NCBI RefSeq assembly: GCF_004010195.1
Contig: NC_057720.1
Coordinates: forward strand, 3,902,792-3,966,791
DNA length: 64,000 nt
Origin: Chiloscyllium plagiosum
Lineage: Eukaryota
Direction: 5' to 3'
A model generated the notes under the pieces. That model did no database searches, was not told where the DNA came from, and saw only the letters and a program-made list of their open reading frames with translations. The position numbers and the translations under genes are program-made. Below, piece after piece: positions 39,900 to 52,420 of the stretch. Within the stretch, counting starts at the first letter, position 1; each line of letters opens with the position of its first letter.

Positions 39900-40988
39900 C
39901 TTCTATTTATTGACTACAGCACCATCTTTGAAACTATAATCCCAGCCAAGCTAATCTCCAAACCCTGTGACCTGTCTCTCTGCAACTTCCTGACCCACAG
40001 ACCGCAATCGTGAAGATAGACAACAGCACCTCCTACATGATAATCCTCAACACCAGCACCCCACTAGGCTGCGCACTCCGACCCTTAGTGTCCTCCCTGC
40101 ACACTCACAACCGTGTAGCCTAATTTCATCTGAATGTCATCTACAAGTTTGCTGACCAAACACCCCATTGTAGGTCAGACATCAAACAACGATGCAACAG
40201 TATATAGGAAACAGAGTGCTTGGTGGCATGGTGTAAAAGGTAACAATCTCTCCCTGAAAATCGACAAAATGAAAGAGCTAGTCATTCACCTCAGGAAGCA
40301 AAGTGGAGGACATGCCTTAATCTACATCAGTGAGGTGGAGACGGTCGACAGCGTCAAGTTCCTAGGAGTGACGATCACCAATGATCTGTCCTGGCCACCC
40401 ATGCTGATGCAACGGTCAAGAAGGCACAACACTTCTTCTTCCTCAGGCAGCTCAGGAAATTTGGCATGTCTGTAAGGACCTTCACCAACTTTTACAGATG
40501 CACCATAGAAAGCATAATGTCTGGGTGCATCACAGGTTGGTATGGCAACTGTTCTGCCCGGGACCATATGAAATTATAAGAGTTGTGAATGCAGCCCAGT
40601 CCACCATGCAAATCAACCTCCTACCCATAGACACCATCTGCACTTCTCACTGCCTCCATCAGACAGATGGCAGCCAACAAAGATCCCTCCCACCCCGGTT
40701 ATAATCTCTTCCAACCCCTTCCTTCAGGCAGAACATACAAAATCTTAAACACAGGTACCAACAGGTTCAAGAACGGCTTCCCCACCTCTTATTAGATTTC
40801 TGAATGGACTGCTCAAATTTCAAATCTAATGTCGATGTTACTTTTTGTGCATCTTCTTTGTAGCTGTAACATTGTATCCCTCGCTCTGTTTAGTCACCCT
40901 ATGATTTTTGTACAGTATGACCTGCCTGAACTGCACACAAATCTTTTCACTGTACCTAGGTACATGTGACAAGACTATATCAAATCAA
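39900..40988 (+). mobile_element. Rex1/Babar-type LINE 3' fragment
   Basis: KMKELVIHLRK and VDSVKFLGVTITNDLSW motifs. The 3' end tgtgacaa..(atca)n is shared with the 26.6 kb copy. Confidence 0.75.
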
Positions 40989-42559
40989 GATTCTATCTCC
41001 CTCTGCCTTAAAAATATTTAAAGATTCTGCGTTCACTGCCTTTTCAGAAAAGGAATTCTCCAAAGACTCACAATCCTGAGAGAAAAAAAAAGTTTCCTCA
41101 TCTGTCTTAAACAGACAGCCCCTTATTTTCAAACCCTGACTCCTCGTACTAGACTGTCCCACAACAGGTAACATCCTTTCCACATCCACCCGGTCAAGTA
41201 CCCTCAGGACCTTATCTGTTCAATTGTATACCTCAGAACAGAATTGAAAAACGTGGTGCTGGAGAAGCACAGACTATCAGACAGCATCCGAGAAGCAGGA
41301 GAGATGACATTGTGAGCATAAGCTCTTCATCAGGAATCTCGAAATGTTGACTCTCATGTTCCTCGGATGCTGCCTGACGACCGGTGCTTTTCCTCACTTT
41401 TTGACACTGATATCGAGCAACTGCAGTCCTCACTTTCTCCATAGCTCAAAACAGGACTCAATATGACCGGTACCTTCATTTCAAAAGCGATACTGTGTTA
41501 GTTTCCCCCACACGGAGTCCAGTATGATCATGTCTGATTACAGGCTGCAACTCCACTTTGCCCACAAATACCTCCTGTACCTCATGGCCTGAAGGGCCAG
41601 AAATCTATCAGCCCCAGGTTTAAATTCAAACATCCACAACCCTCAGGGGGAGAAGATTCAAGAATTTAAAAGAAGTTTCCCTGGTTTCGACTTCCTCCTC
41701 AAGCGTTTACCTTCAAAACAGCTATTGGTCACTCTGTTTCACACGTTCACAACAGGACTTTATGAGGCAAATGCAGACACACACAAAGCAGACGCAGACT
41801 CACACACGCAGACTCTCACACACGCGCAGACTCACACACGCAGACGTCCCTCCTCCCTACCTTTTATCTTAGCCTGCTGGACACACTTTCCTCATTCCTG
41901 AAGAAGGGCTCATGCCCGAAATGTCGATTCTCCTGCTCCTTGGATGCTGCCTGACCTGCTGTGTTTTTCCAGCAACACGTTTTCAGCTCTGATCTCCAGC
42001 ATCTGCAGTCCCCACTTTCTCCTGGAAGATTATGATACACAAAACTGACATTTAGGGGAAGAGAATGACTTGGGAGTGTTATCACTGGAATGTTAATCCA
42101 GAAACTCAGCTAATGTTCTGGGGGCCTGGGTTCAAACCCACAGATGGTGGAATTCAAATTCAATTTTTAAAAAGATCCGGAACTATGGGCTTAATGGTGA
42201 TGACCATGAATCCATTGTCAATTGTAGGAAAATCCCATCTGGGTCACTAAGGTCCTTTAGGGAAGGAAACTGCCATCCTGACCTGGTCTGGTCTACATGT
42301 GACTCCAGACCCACAGTAATGGGGTTGACTCTTAACTGCCCTCTGGGCAATTAGACATGGGTAGTAAATGCTGACCTAGCCAGTTAGACCCACATCCCAC
42401 GAATGAATAAAAATAAACACACAAGGATACTGACACACAAGGATACTGACCTACAGGCAGACAGTGACATTAAAAGGTGTCCTCAGGACCTGAGCAGGTA
42501 TAGCACCAGGTATTGGAGGCAGGTTACTTACACGGATGGATTCCACATTATTTTTGGAA

Positions 42560-43015
42560 GGTGTCCTGCAGCCAGCCCGAGGGAAGGGAGGGACTGATTG
42601 CTATCAGCAAACACACAGGAGTGTCCCAGCTGAGCCCCCGCCCAGTCTCGGGACCGGCTTCCTCTGCTGTCCCGGGAGAGAGAGAGAGCTTATTCTCCGT
42701 CTTCTACCTTCCCTGAGACACCGGGAGAGATTGCCCTTGAGAAACTGCATCCACCCCCCCAAGGGGAGAAAATGGAGCACCTTCACTCAGAACCGCTTTG
42801 ATGTGACTCTGTGCAGGAGGGTAAGAGAAGGTAATAACAACCCAGATCGCTCCCCGCACCGGGGTCAATAGTCGCGTCCTGAACCGTGAGCCTCCCCCCT
42901 CTCTCTCTGACTGTCTCTCCACAGATGCTGCTAAGCTCCTTTCGCAATATTTCCTGTTAGTTAGAGTCTGGGTGACGCTTGCTCCCGGTACCCAGGCTGA
43001 AGAGTCCAGGTAAAT
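42560..43015 (+). promoter_or_regulatory. Possible MCOLN2 promoter or non-coding first exon
   Basis: Non-repetitive, locally GC/CpG-richer island with a CCCCGCCC box near 42635. Candidate donors GG/GTAAGA (42821) and CAG/GTAAAT (43010) lie ~3.2 kb upstream of the 46172 acceptor. Confidence 0.35.
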
Positions 43016-43837
43016 GAGCTCAGATCCTCCTGATTGTTGTTAAAGGATTAAAGCTACTGTCATTGGTACAGCTGCTACCTGGTCTCTACCCAACAGCTCC
43101 CCTTAAGATTTAATTTTTGTTTAGTTTGTGGATTTTGGGATTTCTTCGATAACATTTAGAGGGGAGTCGGGTGGATTGTTTGCAACGTCACAGAACTGGT
43201 AATCCAGAGTTAAATCTCTGGGTATGTGTTCTCAAATCCCAGCTGGGGAATTTAAATTCAGTGAATAAATAAGTGAATTAGTTTATCAACAAACAAAATG
43301 AAATACAAATCAAATCTCAGTCATCAGGTCCCCTTTAGGGAAGGAAATCTGTCATCTTTACTTGGTCTGGCTGCCATGTGACTTAGACCCGCAGGAAATG
43401 TAGCTGCCCTCTGAAATGCTTGGAATCAGACACTCCCTTCAAGGTGAGTTAGAGATGGACAATAACCATTGTCCTTATCAGCGATACTTGCATGACAATA
43501 AAGCCTGCAGTTGGCTCAGTTTCTCAGATACCTTGAGCATGGTATAGAACGATAACAGTCTTTAGGTCCAATCCCTGTATCAGCTTTGCTAGTTCTTGTA
43601 TAGGCTTTGCCACATGGAGAGAGAAGTTTTTTAATGAGTTGAGGTGGGTTGGTAATTGGGAAGATCATGACCGATGTTGGATCTCAGTCTTTTCCTGCAC
43701 CATCCCCACATTAGTTGATGGCAACAGTATCTAGAAACCTCTGTCTTAAACAACATTAAAAGACCAAGCCTGGGAAAAGCAATGTCTGAAATACAGGTTT
43801 TCCTTCACAAAGCAAAATTGTGGAGCTGAAGCAAGTG

Positions 43838-44154
43838 GGCGGCACGGTGGCACAGTAGTTAGCACTGCTGCCTCACAGCGCCAGAGACCCGGGTTCAATT
43901 CCCGCCTCAGGCGACTGACTATGTGGAGTTTGCACTTTCTCCCCGTGTCTGCGTGGGTTTCCTCCGGGTGCTCCGGTTTCCTCCCACAGTCCAAAGATGT
44001 GCAGGTCAGGTGAGTTGGCCATGCTAAATTGCCCGTAGTGTTAGGTAAGGGGTACATGTAGGGGTATGGGTGGGTTACGCTTCGGCGGGTCAGTGTGGAC
44101 TTGTTGGGCCGAAGGGCCTGTTTCCACATGTAAGTAATCTAATCTAATCTAATC
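43838..44154 (+). mobile_element. HE1-like V-SINE, young copy
   Basis: Intact A/B boxes, CpGs retained, (TAATC)4 tail. Confidence 0.88.
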
Positions 44155-45299
44155 AAGTCACCATTTCAGATGGGCATGTGTATGTTGTGTTTGGAATATA
44201 TAGAAATTACAAACATTGTAATTATAAGAGAGTCATAGAAAGTCATACAGCATAGAAACAGGCCCTTCGGCCCACCATGTCTCTGCTGACCACCCAGGAA
44301 GGCAGATGGGATTACTTTTGATGCGATTATGTTCGGCATGGACTGGTTGGACCAAAACATCCGTTTCTGTTCTGTGTGGCTGTAAATTAATCTTATTTTC
44401 CTGCACCTGGTCTATTGTCTGCTATGGCCTGATATTTTAAGTACTCGTCCAAATGCTTGTTAATTTTTGTTTAGTTCTGAATTATGTAGGAAAACAACCA
44501 CTGAGTCTGTTCTGCCCTTGAATGAAGTAATGGCCAGAGTTTGTGTTTTAACAGGTATCTTGCTTACAAAAATGATACCTGGACTTCAGGGGTTAGGTTA
44601 TGGGGAGAGTTTACACAAATTAGGCTGTTTTCTATCAAATTTAGATGGTTAAAGGGTGATTTGATCAAAGTCTTTAAGACATTAATCGGGAGAAAAAAAG
44701 GGTTGATAAAGATAAACTATTCCCACTGGTTAGGGATTCTAGAATTAGGGGCATAGTCTGAGAATTAGGGCCAGAGTGTTCAGGAGAGATATAAGGAAGC
44801 ACTTCTACACACAGTGTGGGGGTTGTTTCAAATGCTATTCCACAAACAGCAGTGGATGCTGGATCAGTTGTCAGTTTTAAATCTGAGAGAGACCATTTTT
44901 GTTAAGGAATGCGATAAAGGGATATGGGCCAAGTCAGGTATATGGAGTTAGTCCACAGATCAGCCATGGTCTCATTGAATGGTGAACAGGCTTGAGGGGC
45001 TGAATGGCCTACTCTTCCTCCTATGTTCCTTTGCTTTGGAGCGGTGAATATATTCCATTTCTCATCCCATTAGGGGACGACATAAAACTCCAAGAGAAAC
45101 CATTAGGCAGTGGGCTTTGGAGACTTTTGATGGAAAGCAGAAGTGAAAATCCACACTTGAGAGGGATCCCTATAAGATCAGTCATAATTCTGATGCAGGC
45201 TGTGCTTTTTGCACTGATGTTTAGGAGATGTAAGTTGATGAGTCATGATATCCTGCAGATTATTGCAGTCACCATTTTGCAATGTTCCAGAGAATAAAA

Positions 45300-45308
45300 T
45301 CACGTGAC
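45300..45308. promoter_or_regulatory. CLEAR-like E-box TCACGTGAC (MiT/TFE site candidate)
   Basis: Exact TCACGTGA palindrome in unique sequence ~870 bp upstream of the MCOLN2 coding exon. Confidence 0.3.
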
Positions 45309-46171
45309 CATTGAGAATGCTAGTCCTGGGCAGCACGGGAGGGAGTCATAAGTATTTCTTCCTTATTTTCAAACACTTTGAAACTGAGATGGGAGGAGTA
45401 TAGAGTAAGTGAACAGAGTGGACTGTTTCTGATTTTAACATTCAGGAGAGACGTCTGGAAAAAAAAATGTCTGTGCACAAAGGATGGTGGAAGAGTGGAA
45501 ATCTCAACTACAAATAGCTGGTGATAAAACCTGTGATCGATAGATTCCTTCTGCGCTGTACTACACAAGGCTAAGGAACCCAGGTGGGTTGGAGGGGTTT
45601 GGACTCAGGCAATCATTGAATATCAGGCAAATGTCTAATCAGCGAGGGAAGTTTCTTTCACTTGAGGGCTGTAGGTGTTGCTGGCTAGGCCAATTTTTAT
45701 TGCCCAGTGGGCAATAGTCAACCACATCACTGTGGGTTTGGAGTCACGTGTAGGCCAGTCCACATAAGGATGGCAGATTCCTCCCCTAAAGGGCATTAGT
45801 GAATCAGATAGGGTTTTACTGGTCATCATCAGTCTTCTAATTCCGGATTTTAATTGAATTCCAAATCCACCATGGCAGGGTTCGAACCTAGGTTCCCGGA
45901 ACCTTACCTGGGACTCCGGATTAACAGTCCAGTGATGATACCACAAGGTCGTTGCCTTCCCACTCATTGGGTTTGGGGTAAAGGCAGGAAAGTGGAGTTG
46001 AGAATTGTCAGACCAGTCATGATCTCATTGAATGGCAGTGCAGACTTGATGGGCTGATTGGCCTACTGCTGCTCCGATGTCTTATGGTCTGTTTGGGTCA
46101 AGCTCAAAGGGTCGATTGGCCACCTTTTGTTCCTGTGTTGCTGTGAGCTAAAGAGTTAACGTTCTTCGCAG

Positions 46172-46388
46172 GAGACCATCAGGTATGTCAGCGAATAACT
46201 TCCACCTGAACCAAGCATCGGATTTATTCACCCGATTCCCCGGGGTGGATGTGGCAGATGAAGAGAGCCAGCTGAGGGAGGATCTCAAATATTTCTTCAT
46301 GAGTCCGTGTGAAAAATACAGAGCCAGGCGGCAACTTCCTTGGAAGCTGTGCTTGCAGATTTTGAAAATTGTCATGGTGACGACACAG
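46172..46388 (+). CDS. MCOLN2: Mucolipin-2 (TRPML2) N-terminal coding exon; in-frame ATG at 46185
   Basis: Acceptor ttcttcgcAG at 46170-46171 and donor GTaaca at 46389. Encodes ...LREDLKYFFMSPCEKYRARRQLPWKLCLQILKIVMVTTQ, matching the TRPML2 signature MSPCEKYRARRQIPWKL. Confidence 0.92.
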
Positions 46389-47685
46389 GTAACAAAAACT
46401 GCAGGTGACATAAATAACAAACGCCTACCTGGGTACAAAGTAAAAAGGAAGACCACTGCATTTCTGTAGCACCTCCCTTAATCTTGGGCTGTGCCGGAGA
46501 GTGCTATACAATCAATGACGCGGTATAGGAAACATAGCAGCTGCTTTATGCACAGCAAGATCCCACAAACTGGCGTGTGCTAATAAGCAGTTTTCATGAT
46601 CCTGGTTAGAACTTGCATTGTCTAGGGCACCCAAGATAATTCTCCTGATTTTCTTCAAAAGTGTTGTCAGGCAGTATTTTATGCACACTTAATACAACAC
46701 TGTGGCACTCTTTCAGCTTAGACCATTTAACTGAGGTCCCTAGTATGACACTTAAATACAACAGTATGCTCTTTAAAGGTGAGCATGCTGTCATATAAGC
46801 ACCCATGATGTTGAGAAAACCAGATTTTTTGAGCTGAAGGGTTGTATTTTCAGTTGTTGAGATAGTGTTGACCGTTTATCTATGGGAATCGCCTGCCTAT
46901 TCGACTACTTCCCCTCCCCCTCCCCACCTTCAAGAATCCCCTTTCCTCATTAATTTGGAACTCCTCCAAGTTGTATTTCAGATGCCTGGCTTTAGGAGGC
47001 AGTGTTGAGGGAGAGTGATTCTGTATTGCAGCCATTGTATATCTGTTCTCATACGAAGCCCCCTCCAGAGTGGAATGAGCACAGGGAAGCAGTCCATGTT
47101 CAAATGCAACAAGACTCGGACAATACCCAAGCTTGGGCTGACAAATGGTGAATAACGTTTGCGCCACATTTAAACCATTTCCAATAAGAGACAATCAAAC
47201 CACTGCCCCTTGACATCCAATGATGTCACCATCTCTGAATTCTGTCATAATGATTAGCCTTGGGATTACCGTTAGCAGAAGCAGAGAAATAAAGTGGCTA
47301 CAAGAGCAGGTCAGAGGCTGGGAACTCCTCTCCTGACCTCCCCAAAGCCTGTCCACTATCTGTGAGGCACAAGTCAGGAGTGTATTGGAATACTCATCAT
47401 CTTGACTTGGGAACATATGGCTGTTCCTTCAGTGTCACTGGGTCAATATCCTAGAATTCCAACCCCTCTCCCCCAAGGGCGATTTGGGTCTACCTAAAAC
47501 ACATGGACTGCAGTGGTTCAAGAAAGTAGTTCACCCCCACCTTCTCAAGGGGCAACTGCGGACGGGCAATAAATGCCAGTGATGCCAGTGGCTTGGAGGG
47601 GAACTTGCAGGGGGTGGTGTCCCCATATCTGTTGCCCTTGTCCTTATAGAGGGAAGTGGTCGTGGCTTTGGAATGTGCTTTTGGT

Positions 47686-48008
47686 GGGCGGCACAATGGC
47701 ACAGTGGTTAGCACTGCTGCCTCACAGCGCCAGAGGCCCGGGTTCAATTCCCGCCTCTGGCGACTCTCTGTGTGGAGTTTGCACATTCTCCCCGTGTCTG
47801 CGTGGGTTTCCTCCAGGTGCTCCGGTTTCCTCCCACAATCCAAAGATGTGCAGGTTAGGTGAATTGGCCATGGTAAATTGCCTGTAGTGTTAGGTGAATA
47901 GGTAAATGTAGGGGAATGGGTCTGGGTGGGTTGCGCTTCGGTGGGTTGGTGTGGACTTGTTGGGCCGAAGGGCCTGTTTCCACACTGTAAGTAATCTAAT
48001 CTAATCCA
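47686..48008 (+). mobile_element. HE1-like V-SINE
   Basis: Same structure as the copies above. More decayed copies lie at ~15645-15990 (+), 26940-27122 (-) and 39440-39570 (-). Confidence 0.85.
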
Positions 48009-49453
48009 ATCTGATCGTTGGTGAATTTCCACTGTGCATCTTGTAGATAGTACACATAGCTGCTGAGTATTGGTGGTGGAGGGAGTAGATGCTTGTGGAT
48101 GTGGTGTCAATCAAGTGGGGGCTGCTTTATCCTGGATGGTGTCAAGCTTCTTGAGTGTTGTTGGAGCTGCCCCCATCCAGGTAAGTGGGGAATTAATAAA
48201 GCCGGATGTGCTGGAGAAACTCAGCAGATCTGGTAGCATCTGTAGACAGAGAAGCAGAGTTAATGTTTCGAGTCTGATATGACTTCTTCAGAATTGAAAG
48301 GAGTTTTATTATTTTGATAAAGGCGAAAGAGGAGTGTGGGAATTAGATGACTTGGAGACCCAATGCCAAAGACAAAGGATGCCAATTTCTATTTTAATAA
48401 AAGTGGCATTGTTAGCAAGACTGGCATTTCTTGCCCCTCTCTAGTTACCCCTGGAGGCGGTGGTGGTCACTTGCCATCTTGAGCAACTGAATTGAAGTGG
48501 TTTGATGGGACTGAGTCTTATTTTGCCCCTTCAGAGGGAAGTTATGGTGTTTTAATTTTTGATGCAAAGGAATTGGAGTGCAAGAGTGAGAAATGTTAAC
48601 TCCAATTGTACAGGACAGTGGTGGGAGTGGGTTTTGCCCGAAACGTCGATTTTACTGCTCCTCGGAAGCTGCCTGAACTGCTGTGCTCTTCCAGCACCAT
48701 TAATCCAGAATCTGGTTTCCAGCATCTGCCGTCATTGTTTTTGCCACCACTGCCCATTGGTGGTACCAGGCAAGGGGCTCTGCCATCAATCCTCCTTCAT
48801 CACTTATCTCAGTTAACAAGGTGGCTTGTTGTATTAAAGCAACAGTCACAGTTCACATTTCTGCTCAGACATATTCACTGTGGATGACTGAGGTTGGACA
48901 GAAGATATCTGCTCCTTTTGTGTACTCGCGACTGAACTGTCGCCATCCAAAGATGTGGAGGTGCCAGTGTTGGACTGGGACAGACAAAGTCAGAGGCCAC
49001 ATAACACCAGGCTATAGTCCAACAGGTTTATTTGAAATCACAAGCTGAAGGGACACTTTGCCTGACAAAGGAACAGTGCTCCAAAAGCATGTGATTTCAA
49101 ATAAACCTGTTGGATTGTAGCCTGGAGTCTTGTGGCCTCTGGCTTTGTCCATCCAAAGACTGTGCAATATTGTCAGATTGGTTGAGATTAGTTCAATATT
49201 AACTCTTTCACAGCCATTCCCTTATCCAGTAGTGAGGGCTATGTAGCTGAGTGTATACGGTTCTGGTCTCCTTACCTTAACGAGGAGAATTTTCTTAAAG
49301 GCGTGGACTGCAGGTTCAGCAATAAGGGAAATGCCCTGAGGAGGGATTGTGTGGTCTGCATTTCCTGGAAGTTAGAAGAATGCGGGATAATGCAATTGAA
49401 TCCCATAATTCTTAGAAGCGGTTGACAGGATGATCAGAGTGCAATAGAGAGAG

Positions 49454-49690
49454 TTAAAAATCACACAACACCAGGTTATAGTCCAACAGGTTTAATTGGA
49501 AGCACTAGCTTTCGGAGCGACGCTCCTTCATCAGGTGATTGTCAATCACCTGATGACAATCACCTGATGAAGGAGCGTCGCTCCGAAAGCTAGTGCTTCC
49601 AATTAAACCTGTTGGACTATAACCTGGTGTTGTGTGATTTTTAACTTTGTACACCCCAGTCCAACACCGGCATCTCCGAATCATGACTAT
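49454..49690. mobile_element. Perfect fold-back insertion with a hammerhead on each strand (family B)
   Basis: 93-bp perfect inverted arms (49452-49544 and 49554-49646). TSD aatagagagag at 49443-49453 and 49691-49701. Confidence 0.9.
49561..49595 (+). ncRNA. Minimal type I hammerhead ribozyme motif (mirror copy on the - strand at 49503-49537)
   Basis: CAC-CUGAUGA-A-GGAGC(GUC)GCUCC-GAAA-GCUA-GUG. Stem I is CAC/GUG, with palindromic AGCU in place of helix III. Confidence 0.8.
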
Positions 49691-52209
49691 AATAGAGAGA
49701 GGACATTTTTACCAACTGGGGAATCAGGACTATAGGGTCACTGTTTGAGAATAATCAGACACCTATGGGAGGAAGTGAAGAGAAATTCGAGAAGGAGATG
49801 GCTTAATGATGTTATCACAGGACTGTTAATCCAGAGACCTAGGTAATGTTCTGGGGACCTGGGTTCAAATCCCGAGTGCAACTTAAATTTGATTAAACAA
49901 AATCTGAAACAAAGAATCTAATGATGACCATGAAACCATCACCAATTGTTGGGCAAATCTATCCCGTTCACTAATTTCCTTTAGGAAACTGCCATCTTTA
50001 CCTGGTCTGGCCTACATGTGACTCCAAACCCACAGCAATGTGGTTGACTCTTCACTCAATAAATGCTGGTCCAGTCAGTGATGCCCACATCCCGTGAACG
50101 AATTTTTAAAAAAAATTCCCTCAGGAAGGTTGTGGATTAAGAATATTTGAGACAGAAGTTGACAGAGTACTGAGGGCAAAAGGGAAGCAAGGGATGTGGG
50201 AATAATGCCGATAGGTGGACTTGAGGTGGAAGGTGAATTGTGAACTTATTGGATGGCAGAACGGCCTTGAAGGGCTGAACGGCCTGTTTATTATGTTCTT
50301 TTGTTTCATTAAGGAGTGGACTGTGATGCTGTGGGATTGGAGTCGGGCTAGTTCAGGCCAGGATAGGACTGTAGACTTCTATCCTGAGAAAATGGCTCAA
50401 CAGTTTACCAGCTTCCCCATCTGCTGAAACACGGCTTCACCTGGAAACGGGGTGTTTGGGCTGTGAGGGAGGGAGCAGATGTACAGGAGGGTTTTATACC
50501 TTCTGCGAATCTGGGGGAAGGCGCTGTGGGGGAGGTGAGGAAGTGTTAGGACTGATGGAGGAGTGGGCCAGTGTGTCACAGAGGGACTGATCCCTGCAGA
50601 AGGCTGACAGCAGAGGGGAGGGGAAGATGCTGGAGGTGATGAAAAGAGTGGAGGATGATGCTTTGAATGCAGAGTCATGTGGTAGAGAGCACCATTGGAA
50701 TAGATCCACTCTGCTCCCCCTCTATGTACACCTTTAACCTGACCATTTGCCAGCCCCTTTCAATTCTGAATATGGGTCATACTGGCGAGAAACATTAATT
50801 CTGTTTCTCTCTCCACTGTTGCTGCCAGACATGCTGAGTTTCTCCAGCATTCTGTGTTTGTTTCAGATTCCTTGCATCTGCAGGATGTTGCCTTTATTTG
50901 AAAATGTCTCAGTTACATTTTCTTCATTAACCAGTTGTCTCAGCCTTGTCCCTTCCCCAGTCTCTCCCTGACCCTGTGTCTCTCTGTTTCTCTCTTTGTC
51001 TTTCACTTTATGTTTCTCTCTCTCTCTGTCCGTCTGTCCATCTGTCTGTCTCTCTCTCTCTCTCTGCACCCTCGTCCCTGTCCCTACCCTACTCACTCCC
51101 TCCACCATTCTCTTTTTCACTGCCACCTGATTCCTTCACCAACTCCGTAATCTGGAGATGACCTTTGACACAGCACAGGAAGCAACAGAATGAAAAGATC
51201 GCTGAAACTGAGACTGAGCCCACTGAGAAAAACAGGCAGAATGAACAATGCATAGATTATGCCGTTATCTTTCAGAGAGAATTTATAGGCCAAAAACCAA
51301 CTATTGTCACCTCAGCCTGCTGTCAGAGCTTTCTATTTCTCTCTGCCTTGTGTGTAACTTAAATACGTTTCTGTTATTTACCTCAACTGCCTGCTGTGGT
51401 TGTGAGTTCCACATTCTCCCCACTCTCCGAGTAAAGATAGTATTTTTCTGAATTGCTGTGGTTTTAACTTTATGGTAGTTTGTTCCTCTTTCATCCAGAA
51501 GTGGCAATACTTTGTCCAAAGTTACCCTTTAATAATATTAAAATCCATCTTGTGGTCAGCACCTGCCTTTAGCAACAAAAAAAATAAGTCTGTACTATCT
51601 ACTATACTCTCTGTTCTTCAGTTCTGATAATGATAGGCATCAGCTACTGTTTCTGTCATTATGTTGACACATACAGACATTTCTTCTATAATGTGGTGGT
51701 TGTATTCTTGTGCAACCCTGCATTATAGAAAAATTGTGCTTTAGAAACCGCGCTTAAAGTGTTGGCAATGTAATCGCGTTATAGCCACCACACGTTTTAA
51801 AAGTTTGCACTTTAGATAGTGTCCCCAATTTGTCAATCCGGAACAGGAATTGGCATTAATAAAACGTGCGTTATAATAGAACGAACTATATTATCTATAA
51901 TAATAAAAATAAGTTGTCTTGGTTTAAATTGAATTAACATACAAAGAACAGCCATGTGATAGGATCACGGCTGGTTTGATTTATGTTTTATTCATTCCAA
52001 TGGGATGTGGGTGTTACTGGCTGGGCTAACATTTATTGCCCGTTCCTCATTGACAGTAACCTTCATGTCCCTGCCTTGTAACCCTTGCTGAAGAAGAATC
52101 TGTCTCAGTCTGCCTTGAACATAAAAAACCCATGTTTCTCACCCAATCCCATCTCTTCCCTGCCTTTAATTAACTTCCCATTTCCAGCATCCATATTATT
52201 TGCCTCATT

Positions 52210-52420
52210 GGGGTTGGTTTAGCTCAGTTGGTTGGATGGTTGGTCTGTGATGCAGAGTGATGCCTACAGCATGGGTTCATTCCCCACACTAGCAAAGGTT
52301 ACCATACAAGACTGTCCTTTCTCAATCTCTCTGCTCGCCTGAGGCATGGTGACCCTCAGGTTAAACCCCTGCCAGTTGTCCCTGTCAAATGAGAGAACAG
52401 GTCTTTGGGCCATGCTACTG
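52210..52420 (+). mobile_element. Third tRNA-headed SINE family
   Basis: Head tagctcagttgg...gggttcattccc. Minus-strand relatives lie at ~2755-2970 and ~25830-26050. Confidence 0.55.

Noticed and set aside
43838..43910. tRNA-like A/B box sequence
   Set aside because: It is a SINE head that continues into the V-domain and tail, with no complete cloverleaf.
49452..49646. Pre-miRNA or DNA-transposon MITE interpretation of the palindrome
   Set aside because: An asymmetric 3' extension, an 11-bp TSD, variable junctions among copies and the hammerhead core fit a Penelope-derived retro-insertion better.
51700..51892. Possible Tigger/mariner-like MITE remnant
   Set aside because: CG-retaining internal repeats are suggestive, but I could not define matching terminal inverted repeats.
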